From NCBI RefSeq assembly GCF_000143415.4, contig NW_003314304.1:759587-823586 (forward strand): 64,000 nt of DNA. The letters run 5' to 3'. This DNA comes from Selaginella moellendorffii (taxonomy: Eukaryota > Plantae > Lycopodiophyta). The position numbers and the translations under genes were made by a program. Every line of letters begins with the position of its first letter. Position 1 is the stretch's first letter. Under the pieces are notes generated by a model. That model was not told the origin of the DNA, did not search any database, and saw nothing but the letters and a program-made list of their open reading frames with translations. Below are positions 10,272-21,806 of the stretch, one piece after another.

Positions 10272-11891
10272 ATGGGAGCGAAGGAGAGCAAGCCTCCTCT
10301 TTCTCGCAGGAGAACTCGCTCGTCCAGCGCAAAGGAGAAAGAGAATGCTCCAGAGAGTAGTCAGCAAGTAGTAGACGATCATGGTGGGAGTCCAAGCAAA
10401 AAGCCAAAGCTTTCTCAAGATGATCAAGACATGGCGCTGGCAAGAGCGGTGGAAGCCATATCTGAGGAGGAAAATGCAGCAGCTCAAGTAGCCAGCGATG
10501 GATCCATGGAGCAAGAAGCTTTAACAGCGGCAAATTCTAGCCTGGAAGTTCTCGTCACACTTCCAAATGCAAAGGTTTATCTCATGGATCACGATCAGGC
10601 TGGATCGGAAAGTGTTCTTCTCGCGTCTGGAGATCTTAGCGTCATAAGGATCGTCCAGAACGGTAAAGTGGTCGCAGCCATCGTCAAGCTTGGAGACGAG
10701 CTCCAGTGGCCGCTGGCGAAGGACGCTCCAGTCTTGAAGCTCAGCGAGAGTCACTACATTTTTAGCTTGAGACTGCCAGTAACTGTGGAGGAGGATGAAG
10801 ATGAGGATCAACCTTCCAGCGAAGGGAAAGAGGAGGTCTCGTTTAAGTCAAGCGCGGAAGTTCTCAACTATGGTGTCACTCTCCCTGGAGATGCGAGCCA
10901 GGAGCTTCTCAAGGAGCTGGATTTGGCCCTCGAAAGCTATAGCTCGCTGGTGCCAGTTCCAGCGCTCCTGAAAGATCAAGACGAGGAGCTCGTGGAGATG
11001 GTGCAAGATGACGGTAATCAAGGAATCGCTGGAGTGAAGCTCACAACGAAGAAGAAGAACTACTACTTGGAGCAACTGGCTCCCAACGCCGATGACTATC
11101 AAAGCGCGATCGCAAAGGCGATTGCCAGTGGCTCGGGGCATATCGTGCGAGGAATTCTCTGGGTGAGCGAACTAATCGCGACGCAGATCGAGCGCAGTGG
11201 ATTGTTGATGCAGCAGCACATCAAACCGAAAAAGAAGCCGTCAAAGATCAGCCCCAAGACAATGAAGAACATCCGGACGTAAGTTCTTGCGTTTACTAGC
11301 TTTGACTAGTTTTTTTACTGGCTCTTTGACTAGTGCCAAGCAAATCTCAAGGATGACTGAGACGCTCGCGAGTGGTCTTCTCTCTGGAGTTGTCACTGCC
11401 ACTGAATCGATCACTTCCTCTGTGCTGAAAACTAAGCCAGGGGCTGCATTGATCGGGCTGTTGCGTGGAGAAGCCGCGATTGCCACTTTGGATGCCTTTG
11501 GTAAGCCAAGTTCTTCGCAATCTCTCCCAGAAAATGAATGATCACATTGTATGTGAGATCACAGTGAAAGTTTTCGATGCTTTGGAGCTGGCTGGGAAGA
11601 ACGTCATGTCGCGAACAACTCTAGTAACTTGCCAAGTCGTATCACACAGGTAGATTGATCACTGTTGTGCTTAATTGAATCAAGAGAAATTTTTGTTCTA
11701 GATACGGAGACGAGGCTGCCGCATTGACAAAAGAGGGGCTTTCAACCGCAGGCCATGTCGTCACTACTGCATGGAAAATCTCAAAAATTAGAACAGCCAT
11801 GAATCCAGTGAAGGCTTCCACAAATCCAGTCTCACTCAAAGCCGCCGCCATCGCCGCCGCTGAACAGCTCAAAGGCAAGAAGACCATGTAA
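10272..11891 (+). CDS. Senescence/spartin-domain protein, ERD7-like (exons 10272-11278, 11334-11500, 11565-11649, 11702-11891)
   Basis: MGAKES myristoylation-type start, LASGDL...LQWPLAKD..VLKL...HYIFSL, LNYGVT, LAPN.DDY...IAKAIASGSGHIVRGILW, VSHRYG motifs; in-frame splicing. Confidence 0.9.
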
Positions 11892-11929
11892 CTCCCAGTT
11901 AAATTCTAACCGTCCGATGGATGTTAACT

Positions 11930-11991
11930 TAACCCTAATTTGAAAAAACTGTCAATGAATATACCGAGTATATTTCTCGAGGTTTAGGGTT
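11930..11991. promoter_or_regulatory. Telo-box-like elements upstream of GPN3
   Basis: TAACCCTAA at ~11930 and TTTAGGGTT at ~11983 within the 116-bp ERD7-GPN3 spacer. Confidence 0.45.
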
Positions 11992-12007
11992 CTTAGGCAT
12001 TTTGGAA

Positions 12008-13306
12008 ATGACTCGCTACGCGCAGCTCGTGATCGGGCCGGCGGGCAGCGGCAAGGTGAGTGAGATTTTGCGTTTCCTGTGCTCAATCTCTGATCTCGAT
12101 CTTGCAGTCGACGTATTGCTACCATTTGCAGCAGCATTGCAACACGATCGGGCGGAACCTGGATGTGATCAATCTCGATCCAGCGGCGGAGGATTTCAAA
12201 TACGCGGTTGCTGCAGGTCTGTAAGGATTTCAGTGTTGCAAAGATTTTAGTTTGGATCCATTTTTCATCAGATATAAGAGAGCTTGTTCCTCTGGAGGAT
12301 GTGATGGAAGAATTTAACTATGGACCAAACGGAGGCCTCATCTATTGCATGGAGTAAGATTTCAGTAGAGCTTTCGTGGTGTTAGTTTCTACTCAAGGAT
12401 TCCTGGCTGACCACTTCTAGTGTAGATATCTTGAAGAAAATATGGACGACTGGCTTGCGGAGAAACTAGAAGACTATATCGACGATGACTACGTTGTCTT
12501 CGACTGTCCAGGTTTGTGGTAGTTTCTCTTCACTAGTTTTAGTTGTAGTGATTACACAGGTCAGATTGAGCTCTACACACACATCCCCGTGTTTAAAAGC
12601 CTCGTCGAGCAACTTAAGCGCTGGGATTTTAATCTGTGCGCTGTCTACCTCCTTGATTCTCAGGTAGCTCTACTCGGATTGATTTGGTGTATGACAGACA
12701 GAAGTTTGCTTTTGTTCTTGTGCAGTTTGTTTCTGATGTGACCAAGTATATAAGTGGATGCCTGTCGTCCTTGTCTGCTATGGTCCAACTCGAGCTTCCT
12801 CATGTGAATGTCCTCACGAAGATGGATCTCGTGGCTAAGAAAAAAGACATCGAAGAGTACGTGCTACCTATCCAGTATACTTACTTCGTTTTCACAATTT
12901 TGTGTGTAGCTACCTTGACCCTGATCCGGTTTTCTTACTGTCGGAGATGAATGCAAATACCGCTCCACGATACGGAAAGCTCAACGCCGCACTCGCAGAA
13001 TTGGTTTCTTTTTCCCCACGAGTTTTGTAATTACTTACAACTTCTGCTTCCGGCAGATTGACGATTACAGGATGGTCAACTTCGTACCTCTGGACGTCAC
13101 AAGCGAAGACAGGTACGCCATTTCTTTACCAGTGGGAGTTGTGTGATTGAATGGCTCCTTGCAGTTTGCAGTATCTTCTCTCCACTATCGACAATGCGAT
13201 TCAGTATGGAGAGAACAGTGAAGTCAAGATAAAGGACTACGATCCTGATATCGGCGATGGCATGTCGTTCAACATGGATGCTGATATCGAGACGGATAAC
13301 TTCTAA
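12008..13306 (+). CDS. GPN3: GPN-loop GTPase 3 (multi-exon)
   Basis: [21 protein letters not shown]-loop, [45 protein letters not shown]. Confidence 0.93.
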
Positions 13307-13337
13307 CTTCTAGTAGTATGTAACATACTTTCCGGTG

Positions 13338-15272
13338 CTAATTCAGTTTCGAAATGTTGTATAGCAGTACATAGGCCGCAGAATTTCGGGGTTCTGCATC
13401 CAACAGCTGCTTTGCTGCTAGAGCACCATATTCCTTGTCAGTGTGGACCTCACAAGCACCAAGTAGGCTCCTCCAGGCTGAAGCATCAGGTTGAACCGGC
13501 ATGGCAGACATGAAGCTTGCAGCTTGCTTCACCCGGCCGGACTTGGCGAGCAAGTTGACCATGCATCCGTAGTGCTCGGGAGTTGGCTCTAGATGGTGGT
13601 CTCCCTGCATGGAGAGAAAGTAGCTCCATCCTTCGTCGGCCAGTCCGGCATGAGAGCAGGCATGAAGAACAGAAGTGAACGTAACAATATTCGGCAGCAC
13701 GCCGTCCTGATTCATCGTCCAGAACAGGTTGCGAGCTCTGTCTTCTTCGCCGTTACGTGCATAAGCCGCAACAATTGAAGACCAGGAAACAACGTTTTTA
13801 CTTGCGACACTCTCGAAAGCAGTTTGAGCAGCCTCCAAGTTTCCACAGCCTCCATACAGACATATAAGAGAGTTTTGTACGACGTCCGAGCAGCATCCAG
13901 TGGCAAGACTGCGAGAGTGGACTTCCCGGCCCGTGGTAAAGTCACCAAAGTTGGCACAGACAGCAAGAACAGTACCGTAAGTAACGTCGCTTGCTTTTAT
14001 CCCTTCTTGATTCATTCTGTGGTATATTTGCAGGGCCTCGAGATTTAGATCCTCCTGTGCGTTGGCTACTATCATGGTGTTCCAGGTGATCACGTTGGTA
14101 GTGCGGTTTGTTGCCTCGATAAACACTCTCGTCGCGTTTTCGAGGCTTCCACACTTGGCATACATGTTGATGAGCGCGTTGACGACGGACGTGTGGGACA
14201 GGTATCCTCTAGCAGCAGCTTCTCTGTGGAGTGACGATCCCCTTTCCATTTTGCAGGTGCTCGAACAAGAGTCCAGGAGAGTGATGAGCGTGACATCGTT
14301 GGGGCGCATTTGATTCTCCACCATCTCCAGGTACAATGCAAACGCTTTCTCCTCGCAATGGTTCTGTGCATACGCTCCGATCATTGCATTCCAGCAAACA
14401 ATGTCTTTGTCCATTATCCGATCAAACACCTGCCTTGCGTCGTCTACAGCCTCGCATTTTCCGTAGAAGCTCACCACTGCAGTTCCCACAAACACATCTG
14501 TCTCTACTCCACTTGCAACTATCCTCTCGTGAATTGTCTTTCCTTCTACCAATGTTCTCAGGCTCGCACAAGCCTCCAGGACGCTAATGAGCGTCACTGC
14601 ATCGGGCCTGGAAAACTCTTGTTCCATTCTTCTGTATAACTGAAGAGCTTCTAGAGGATACCCTGCGTGGGCATACGCAGAGATAATTATTGTCCATGAC
14701 ACAACATCTCTGAAAACCATTCTCTCGAAAACCAGCCTTGCTTCGTCCAGACTGTCACAAGTTGTATACATGTTTAGAAGTGCATTGCCTGTTATTATAT
14801 CAGTCTCTAGTCCTTTAGCTCTAACTCTCTCGTGAATTTTCTTCCCCAGACTCAAATCCCCAGTCACAGAACAGGCACCAAGAAGGCTGATGAAGGTGAT
14901 TTTGTTGGCTTCGGTGCCTTCGAGATCCATGAACTTCAAAAGCTCCAGGCCTTCGCTGGCCTCACCATTCTGGACAAGAAGTGAAATGAGTATCGTCCAG
15001 GAGAACACGTTCCGCTGGTGGATCCCTCGGAAAGCAGCTCGAGCGTCGTCCAGGCTTCCACACCTTCCATACATTTGCACCAAGAGATTTCCCAGGTACG
15101 TATCCCCGTCGAGACCATTAGAGATCATCTGTGAGTGAACCCGTCTGCCATCCGCGAGTGACTTGGAGTTTCCATACTGCTTGAGAAGAGCTTCGTATGT
15201 GTCTATCATCTCCTTCCTCCTCCATCTGGAATCTGCCGTGAGAGTTAGAGTTCCCGGAGTTACTGCATTCAT
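13338..15272 (-). CDS. PLS-class PPR protein with E region, no DYW
   Basis: 644-aa ORF with P/L/S motif triplets, ACSHAGL, EHYGCMVNLL, AAYVLLYNI terminus. Confidence 0.92.
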   Translation of the reverse strand: MNAVTPGTLTLTADSRWRRKEMIDTYEALLKQYGNSKSLADGRRVHSQMISNGLDGDTYLGNLLVQMYGRCGSLDDARAAFRGIHQRNVFSWTILISLLVQNGEASEGLELLKFMDLEGTEANKITFISLLGACSVTGDLSLGKKIHERVRAKGLETDIITGNALLNMYTTCDSLDEARLVFERMVFRDVVSWTIIISAYAHAGYPLEALQLYRRMEQEFSRPDAVTLISVLEACASLRTLVEGKTIHERIVASGVETDVFVGTAVVSFYGKCEAVDDARQVFDRIMDKDIVCWNAMIGAYAQNHCEEKAFALYLEMVENQMRPNDVTLITLLDSCSSTCKMERGSSLHREAAARGYLSHTSVVNALINMYAKCGSLENATRVFIEATNRTTNVITWNTMIVANAQEDLNLEALQIYHRMNQEGIKASDVTYGTVLAVCANFGDFTTGREVHSRSLATGCCSDVVQNSLICLYGGCGNLEAAQTAFESVASKNVVSWSSIVAAYARNGEEDRARNLFWTMNQDGVLPNIVTFTSVLHACSHAGLADEGWSYFLSMQGDHHLEPTPEHYGCMVNLLAKSGRVKQAASFMSAMPVQPDASAWRSLLGACEVHTDKEYGALAAKQLLDAEPRNSAAYVLLYNISKLN

Positions 15273-15534
15273 TCTTAACTTCTAAGCCCGGCCTGGAGTT
15301 TTCTCCCCGCTATTCGTATATTCCGTCGAAGAACATTTCCAGGCCTGGAGTTGGAATGCCCCTTTCTTGATGCATGCACGTTTGTTTTGTGAGCAAGCTT
15401 TGTCCAATTGCATTGGCCACTATAAACCACAAAAGCCTGTCAGCCTGTCGACTCATAATTGTCGTTTTTGCCTTTATTTTTCTCTTTTGTAAGGACTGGA
15501 GCTGAGAAGCCGAAACACTCTATCAATCTCAAGG

Positions 15535-16427
15535 ATGAAGTTCGTCGTTACTCTGTTCGCCGCTCTGCATTTCCTATCTACAGCTCGGGGCCAGAGCTTG
15601 CACCATGAGGAGCTCGTTTCTGCGAGAGATCCGTCGACGACCACTCTCAGTCGCTACTGTTCGAGCTTCCAGTTCAATGCCGAGGTGAACAACTTTGTTA
15701 ATGGCTGGCTTGTCCCTGGGGAGTGCGTGAGTCGCATCAAGAGATACATTGAGAAGGGACAGTATGCTGCTGACGTTGAGGCCGTGATCAACCAAGCTCG
15801 AATTTATGTCAAGAATCTCACGGTCACCAACGAGGCGAAGAAGGCTTGGGTGCTAGACATCGACGAGACTTCCCTGTCGAATGTTCCTTACTATCGGACT
15901 CACAGCTATGGGTAAGCATTGCAAGAGTTAGTTCCTTGGACTCATTGTTTTCGATGCAGTGCTACGAAATTCAATGCCACGGAATTTAACGCTTGGGTGG
16001 ATCAAGCTAGCGCTGCAGCGCTCGCTCCGACACTTTCTCTCGTCAAGGAGCTCGTGAGCTTGCGCTGGAATGTCATCTTTATCACTGGAAGGCCCGAGTC
16101 TCAGCGCCAAGTCACGGTCAAGAACTTAAAGGCCGCGGGATACAAAGGCTGGACAAAACTCCTCCTCAAGTAAGCAAAGCAAAGAAAAGAAAAGCAGAGT
16201 TTTCCATCTCCATTTCCTGGAGCTGAGCAATTTGTTGTTGCAGGAGTGCTGCTCAAACCAATGCTCGGATGACCGCAATGGCTTACAAGAGCAGCTTGAG
16301 GGAGGGACTTGTGAAAGATGGGTATGAGATTTGGGGGAACATTGGTGACCAGTGGAGTGACATTTCTGGATCTGCTGCTGGTAACAAAGTCTTCAAGCTT
16401 CCCAATCCTCTTTACTTCATCCCGTGA
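15535..16427 (+). CDS. Class B HAD acid phosphatase (APS1/VSP-like), secreted; exons 15535-15911, 15960-16169, 16244-16427
   Basis: Signal peptide, AWVLDIDETSLSN (DxD), FITGR, YKS, GNIGDQWSDI, FKLPNPLYFI. Confidence 0.93.
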
Positions 16428-16626
16428 CCAATAGCAGTGGCACAACCGTTGACATCAAATTAAAAACTTTAGACTTGTGTTGATTTATACGGTGCTGATG
16501 TGTTTAATACATTATGAAGAAACGTTTATATTTAGTTAAGAAAAGCTTGTCACTCCCTAGCTCGCTGTTGTCACATTTTTAATCTTTGATCTTGCGCCAG
16601 GAGCTTGAATCCTACACAGCTCCTTC

Positions 16627-17123
16627 ATGTCACTCTTGATCGCCATTGTTCTAGTTTCCAGTTCATTTGCAATGGCTGGCTCGTTCCTCGCGAGTCTGTC
16701 AGTCGGATCAAGCGATACATCGACCGACGACGACATGAGACGGTACAATGCTGATACCAATGCTGTGATTCAGCAAGCTCGAGCCTACATGAGGAGTCTC
16801 ACTGTTACGAACGAAACTGCGAAGGCGTGGACGTTTGATATTGATGAGACGGCCTTGTCGAATGTTATAGAGCTCAGAGGTAAGAACTTAATTGGAAAAA
16901 ATTGTTTTTGTTGTCTAGAGCTTGGAAACTATGCTCCAGTGCTGCGAAGTTTAATGTCACTGCGTTCATTGCTTGGATCCAAGAGGGTCGCGCTACAGGA
17001 ATCTCTCCAACTTTATCCGTCTTCAACTGGAATGTCATCTCTATCACTGAAAGGATTGAATCCCAGAGTGATATCACAGTGAAGAAGAACAGCAAATACA
17101 AGAGCTGCCTCGGTGACTCTTGA
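16627..17123 (+). pseudogene. Truncated tandem paralog of the acid phosphatase
   Basis: AVIQQARAY...AWTFDIDETALSN and AKFNVTAFIAW retained, but with internal deletions, FITGR degraded to SITER and no GDQWSD exon. Confidence 0.75.
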
Positions 17124-17318
17124 ATCGTGAAGAAAAATAAAAGCTATAAACTCTTTCTTTAATGTTAGAGAAAGTCATATTAATTTCAAGGTGTATAATC
17201 CTTTGTATGAAAGAAGTTCTATTTTTCAACCCCCATGTGACTGCAACAAAATCTATTCCATACTTATGAGGAAATTAAAACGTTAAGGGTTCTACCACAT
17301 CAGACTATAGTATCAAAA

Positions 17319-19020
17319 TTAAAAACATAACCATATAGTATACATTACAAACCTCTTATCTTCCCCAGTTCCTCTCCTCGTTAATTCAAAGAACCATTTA
17401 AACTCTTCCAGGTAATCCATAAAACCCCTGATCCCAGAGTGAGGTGTGAAAACCGGGTGATCTGAAGAACACACATCAAAGTCAACAAAGAAACGAACAA
17501 GAGAGTTTTGCAACAAAACTCAAACCTGTAAAACTCCTTCTGCAAATGGTGCTCGTATGGAACACTTCCACAGAAAATGTTCTTGCATAACACTTCTGGA
17601 TTGACCGTTTGCAACACTCTCTGAAGGAAGCCCTATGCACATCTGAAGGTATACTCTGCTCATCCATATTAAGCTGTCCAGCAAGCACTAGTTCTTGGGT
17701 AGCCTCTCGACACCCTTGCATCAGTGCCGAATCCGTCACCTGCTATTCAACGAGTGAGAAATTACAAGTGTATGGCTAGAGTGCATGCCTCATAATGCGC
17801 AAGTATGGTCCTGTAAAACTTAAAAAGGAGAAAGAACCAAGGTTACAATGCTATGCTTCGACAATTGTCAATGACAGCTAGGATCCTGAAAATTGTGGAA
17901 CTTGAGCCAGGCATTCCACAGCTCATTTGACTCCTCTTCAGTGATTGCACCGCAATGAGGGCCTGCATGCCACACATCACCACCTGAATTAAAGAATACA
18001 AAACACACCTCAACAGTATCTGATTTGCATCGCACCACGTTATTCTCTTAAACTGTGGTAGTTCTTCTACTCCAAATGCAGACACCAAATGTTAGGAACT
18101 ATGCCTCCTCGACCTTCCTGGAAAGGTTTCAATGCTCTCCACAGGGTCAAATTGTGATTGAATCCAGCTTGGGCTTCGTCAACGAGAAGAAGCCTCAGCG
18201 GTCCGTCAGGGACAAAGAGATTCCGCAAAACCCCCTCTGCAACTTCAAAGTCAATACAAATCTAAGGACATATGCCACGGTCACCATCATAGATAGATAC
18301 GAACAGCTCGTTGAAGGTAGAAGCGTTGATGGTGGCAAGATTGACATAATAAATTTCTTTCCAAATGCCGCTAGCTCTTGCCTGCGACTCCGTCAGCTGC
18401 AACAATGACGTCTTCCCACTCTGAAGAGGAGCGCGAATCAGTACAGACGCTGCTGACTGAACGAGTTCCAGTAGCTTAGTTACGGTAGAGGTTCTTTGTG
18501 CATGCCAGCGGTAGACTCTGTCCTCATTCCGCACCCCGACACTGGCAAAAGTTTGAATAACAGGCTTCTCCACTACAGCAAAACATCAGAGTAACAGAGC
18601 GTCAAGTAACACGTACAAGATCGCCACACACAAGATAGAAGACATCCCCCGCAAACAACACCAAAAAACGCAACCAGTACCATGCCAGCAACCCACTAAT
18701 GAGCAACCAGAGATCTGTAAGCCAGCTAGAAAAACATGGGCAGCAACGACTGACTAAAGGCGTGTCAGTCAAATAACAAGAGATGCAATAGGATTAGCTT
18801 TACGAAGATAGTCACACAACAAGGGAACGTAAAGGATTAGCTATAATCATGAGGAAGAGTGACGCTTCAAGATGCTCTTCTTTCCTATGCAGGCATTCAT
18901 TGTCCATCCAGTATTGAAGATGAGGACCTCCTCATGCCAGTCTTTTCTCCACTGCCTTGTCAATCTCCTGTTCTATGGCCTTGACTTGTGCAGAAACTCC
19001 TCCTGGATCTATGGGCTCAA
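17319..19020 (-). pseudogene. Crinkler(CRN)-like P-loop NTPase plus restriction-endonuclease-fold gene, disrupted
   Basis: Coiled-coil header with internal stop (QVKAIEQEIDKAVEKRLA*...QYWMDNE..RKEEHL, 18870-19015), Walker A IRAPLQSGKT (~18409-18438), Walker B LLLVDEAQ (18169-18192), C-terminal PYEHHLQKEFYR...GFMDY...WFFELTR. Confidence 0.65.
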
Positions 19021-19130
19021 AACCATTAAAAGGTTGACGGGTTTATGTCGATGAGAAATGAGCTTTTTGTTCAAGTGTTATTGTTAATCAAAGTTTTATA
19101 TATTTCAGATTTTTGAACAAGAAAAAGAGT

Positions 19131-21527
19131 TTAGCCATTCTGGGTGATCCTGGATGCAGCACGCAAGCTCTCCAGAGCAACCGCATCAGCCTCATAAGGC
19201 ATGCAGTCTTTCAGCTCCACCGCATCGCCCACTCGCCCAGCTCTTCCCAAGACGTCGATCAAACACACGTAGTGCTCTCTCGCCGGCACCATCCCAAAAT
19301 CGCACACCATGGAGCTCAAGCACTCGCAGGCTGCCGCTAGCTGACCGCTCTGGCTGCACGAGTAAAGAATGGTGATGAAAGTTATGTCGTCTGGAACAAA
19401 TCCTTCTACCTGCATTTGCCGAGAGAGGAAGATGGCATCCCGGAAGAGCCCCTGCTTCGCGTAAGCCGAGACGATGGCGTTCCAGGACACGGCATCCTTG
19501 CAGGGAATCGATGAGAACACCCGGCTTGCATCGGCCACCCGGCTACACTTCGCGTAGAGGCTGGCCGCCGCGTTTAAGACCGTCGTGTTTTGAGCGTAGG
19601 GACCGGCGAGGACGAGAGCATGGATCCGCCTGCCTTGCTCGTGTGCTCCCACGGTCGCGCAGGCACGCAGGACGCTCGTGAGAGTGGTGGCGTTCGGCTT
19701 TACACCTTCCAAGTTCATGAGCTCGAAGGTCTTGATGGCTTCCCAGTGCTGACCATATGCCGCAATCAAGGCACTCCAGGAGATCACGCTGGGCCTCGAG
19801 ATCCCGAGGAAAACTTCCCTGGCCTCATCCGGGTGTCCTGCTTTGCCATAAGCGGTCATGACGGCATTGGCTGCGACCATTCTCTGCTCTAACCCGGAGG
19901 CGAGGATCCGCGAATGCACGTCCCTGACTTGAGTGGCACTGTCGCAAAAGCCGAGGACGCTGGCGAAGACGTTCTCGTCGACTTCCATGCCTTCGAGGTC
20001 CAAGTGGTGATAGAGCTCGGTAGCTTCTCGCTTCAAGCCGTGCTGTACGTATGCTCCAATCACGGAAGCCCAGGAAGAGGTCTTCAGATCCTGCCGCTGG
20101 TCATTGAAAACTTTCACGGCATCCTCAAGGCCACCGGACTTGCTGTACATGTTGACGAGAGCGTTGTTGACTGCAGAGTCGGATTCCATTCCACCGAGAC
20201 GAACGTAACCATGGATTGAGGCTCCGACTGCGAGAGCTTCACGGCCACGGCATCCATCCAAAAGCCCCGCGAAAGTGACAGGCTGAGGTCGCACGCCTTC
20301 TAGCATCATCTCTCGACAGAGATAGATCCCCCCTGCGAGGTCTTCACACTGAGCGTGCCCGGCAACCATGGCAGTCCAAGTGATCACGTTTCGTCTGTAG
20401 CGCATGCGGTCAAACACGTCCCGTGCATCGCCAAGACTGCTGCATTTTCCATACATGCTAATCAGTGAGTTTTCCATTCGAAGAGAGAAATCCAAACCAG
20501 AGCCGAGTGCAAGCCTGTGAACGTGCTTACCAGTTTCAAGGACTTCCAGGCTTGAACAGGCGTCTAGAACCGTGAGAAAGGTGATCTCGTTCGATCTCAG
20601 GCCTTCCTGGTGCATTTTCCTCCACGTCGCGAACGCACACTCGAGCTTTCCATGCCGTGTATACGCGGCAATGACCGTCGTCCAGGTACAAACGTCGGGC
20701 TGAAAGCTCCACTCGAAGACTGCTGTTGCATCGTCGAGACTGCCACAGTCGCTGTACATGCTGATAAGACCATTGCAAACAATCTGGTCAGAGACAAAAT
20801 TGGTACCAAGAAAATGTTCGTGCAGCAGTCTACCAAACTTTAGATCCCCTGATGCAAAGCAAGCATTTAAGAGGCTGGCAAACGTCACCTCATCGGGTTT
20901 CGTCCCTTCTAGACGTGAGTATGCGTAGAGCTGAATTGCTTGCTTACCACACTCATGCTGTGCGTAGACAGTGATCATCGCGTTCCAAGAGATTAGATCC
21001 CGCTCAGGCATTCGATCAAACGCGTTCCTTGCCTCCTCGACGCTCCCACACTTCCCATACATATAAACCAAGGAGTTACTCAGCAAAACGCTAGCGCCAA
21101 GACCACTGGAAAGAATTCGAGCATGGATTTGCTTACCTTGGAGAGAATCTCCCAACGCAGCGCAAGCGCTCACGGCGTTGAGAAGCGTGATCTCATCGCC
21201 CTGCACACCTTCCAGATCCATTGCTCGAAACACCCACAGCGCCTCTTTCCAGAGATCCCACTGCATGTAAACAGACATTATAATGGTCCAAGAGAAACGA
21301 TTCTTCTCACGTATCGCGTCAAAGGCAGCCAGTGCCCTCTCCACACACCCGGATCTTCCATACGCCTGGACGAGCAAATTCCCGAGGAAAGTTTCCCTGT
21401 CATGGCCAGTCGAAGCCATTAATCCATGAATGCGAGCGACAGTCGCGGAAGATCCGCCAAATGCCGGCTTTCGAGCACACTGCCGAAGAATCGTTTCGTA
21501 CCTTGCTACTGGTGGATCCCCATTCAT
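19131..21527 (-). CDS. PLS-class PPR protein, truncated in the E region
   Basis: 798-aa ORF with repeated NSLVYMYGKCGS..EA...FDRM motifs and EHYVCLIDVLGRAG near the end. Confidence 0.92.
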   Translation of the reverse strand: MNGDPPVARYETILRQCARKPAFGGSSATVARIHGLMASTGHDRETFLGNLLVQAYGRSGCVERALAAFDAIREKNRFSWTIIMSVYMQWDLWKEALWVFRAMDLEGVQGDEITLLNAVSACAALGDSLQGKQIHARILSSGLGASVLLSNSLVYMYGKCGSVEEARNAFDRMPERDLISWNAMITVYAQHECGKQAIQLYAYSRLEGTKPDEVTFASLLNACFASGDLKFGRLLHEHFLGTNFVSDQIVCNGLISMYSDCGSLDDATAVFEWSFQPDVCTWTTVIAAYTRHGKLECAFATWRKMHQEGLRSNEITFLTVLDACSSLEVLETGKHVHRLALGSGLDFSLRMENSLISMYGKCSSLGDARDVFDRMRYRRNVITWTAMVAGHAQCEDLAGGIYLCREMMLEGVRPQPVTFAGLLDGCRGREALAVGASIHGYVRLGGMESDSAVNNALVNMYSKSGGLEDAVKVFNDQRQDLKTSSWASVIGAYVQHGLKREATELYHHLDLEGMEVDENVFASVLGFCDSATQVRDVHSRILASGLEQRMVAANAVMTAYGKAGHPDEAREVFLGISRPSVISWSALIAAYGQHWEAIKTFELMNLEGVKPNATTLTSVLRACATVGAHEQGRRIHALVLAGPYAQNTTVLNAAASLYAKCSRVADASRVFSSIPCKDAVSWNAIVSAYAKQGLFRDAIFLSRQMQVEGFVPDDITFITILYSCSQSGQLAAACECLSSMVCDFGMVPAREHYVCLIDVLGRAGRVGDAVELKDCMPYEADAVALESLRAASRITQNG

Positions 21528-21755
21528 CCCAAGAACACGATATTTCGCTCCTGGAAGGGAGATTTCACCGCATCGATCTGTAACCCTCGAATCTATGCCG
21601 CAGAAGCCTGCCTGATCGATCCAATCTCGCTATAGTCGCGAATGCGGGCAGAAGCCCTAGCCTAATCGCCAGAAAAACCGCTAGAAAATCCTAGCCGCTA
21701 GGAAGCGATGAATGCGCCAAGCCCCTTGCCAAGAACCCTAGAATGGAAGAATGTA

Positions 21756-21770
21756 GTGTGTGTGTGTGTG
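21756..21770. repeat. (TG)n microsatellite
   Basis: gtgtgtgtgtgtgtg read directly. Confidence 0.85.
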
Positions 21771-21806
21771 AGTATATTTTAGTGTGAGATGGAGATCATA
21801 CAAGGA

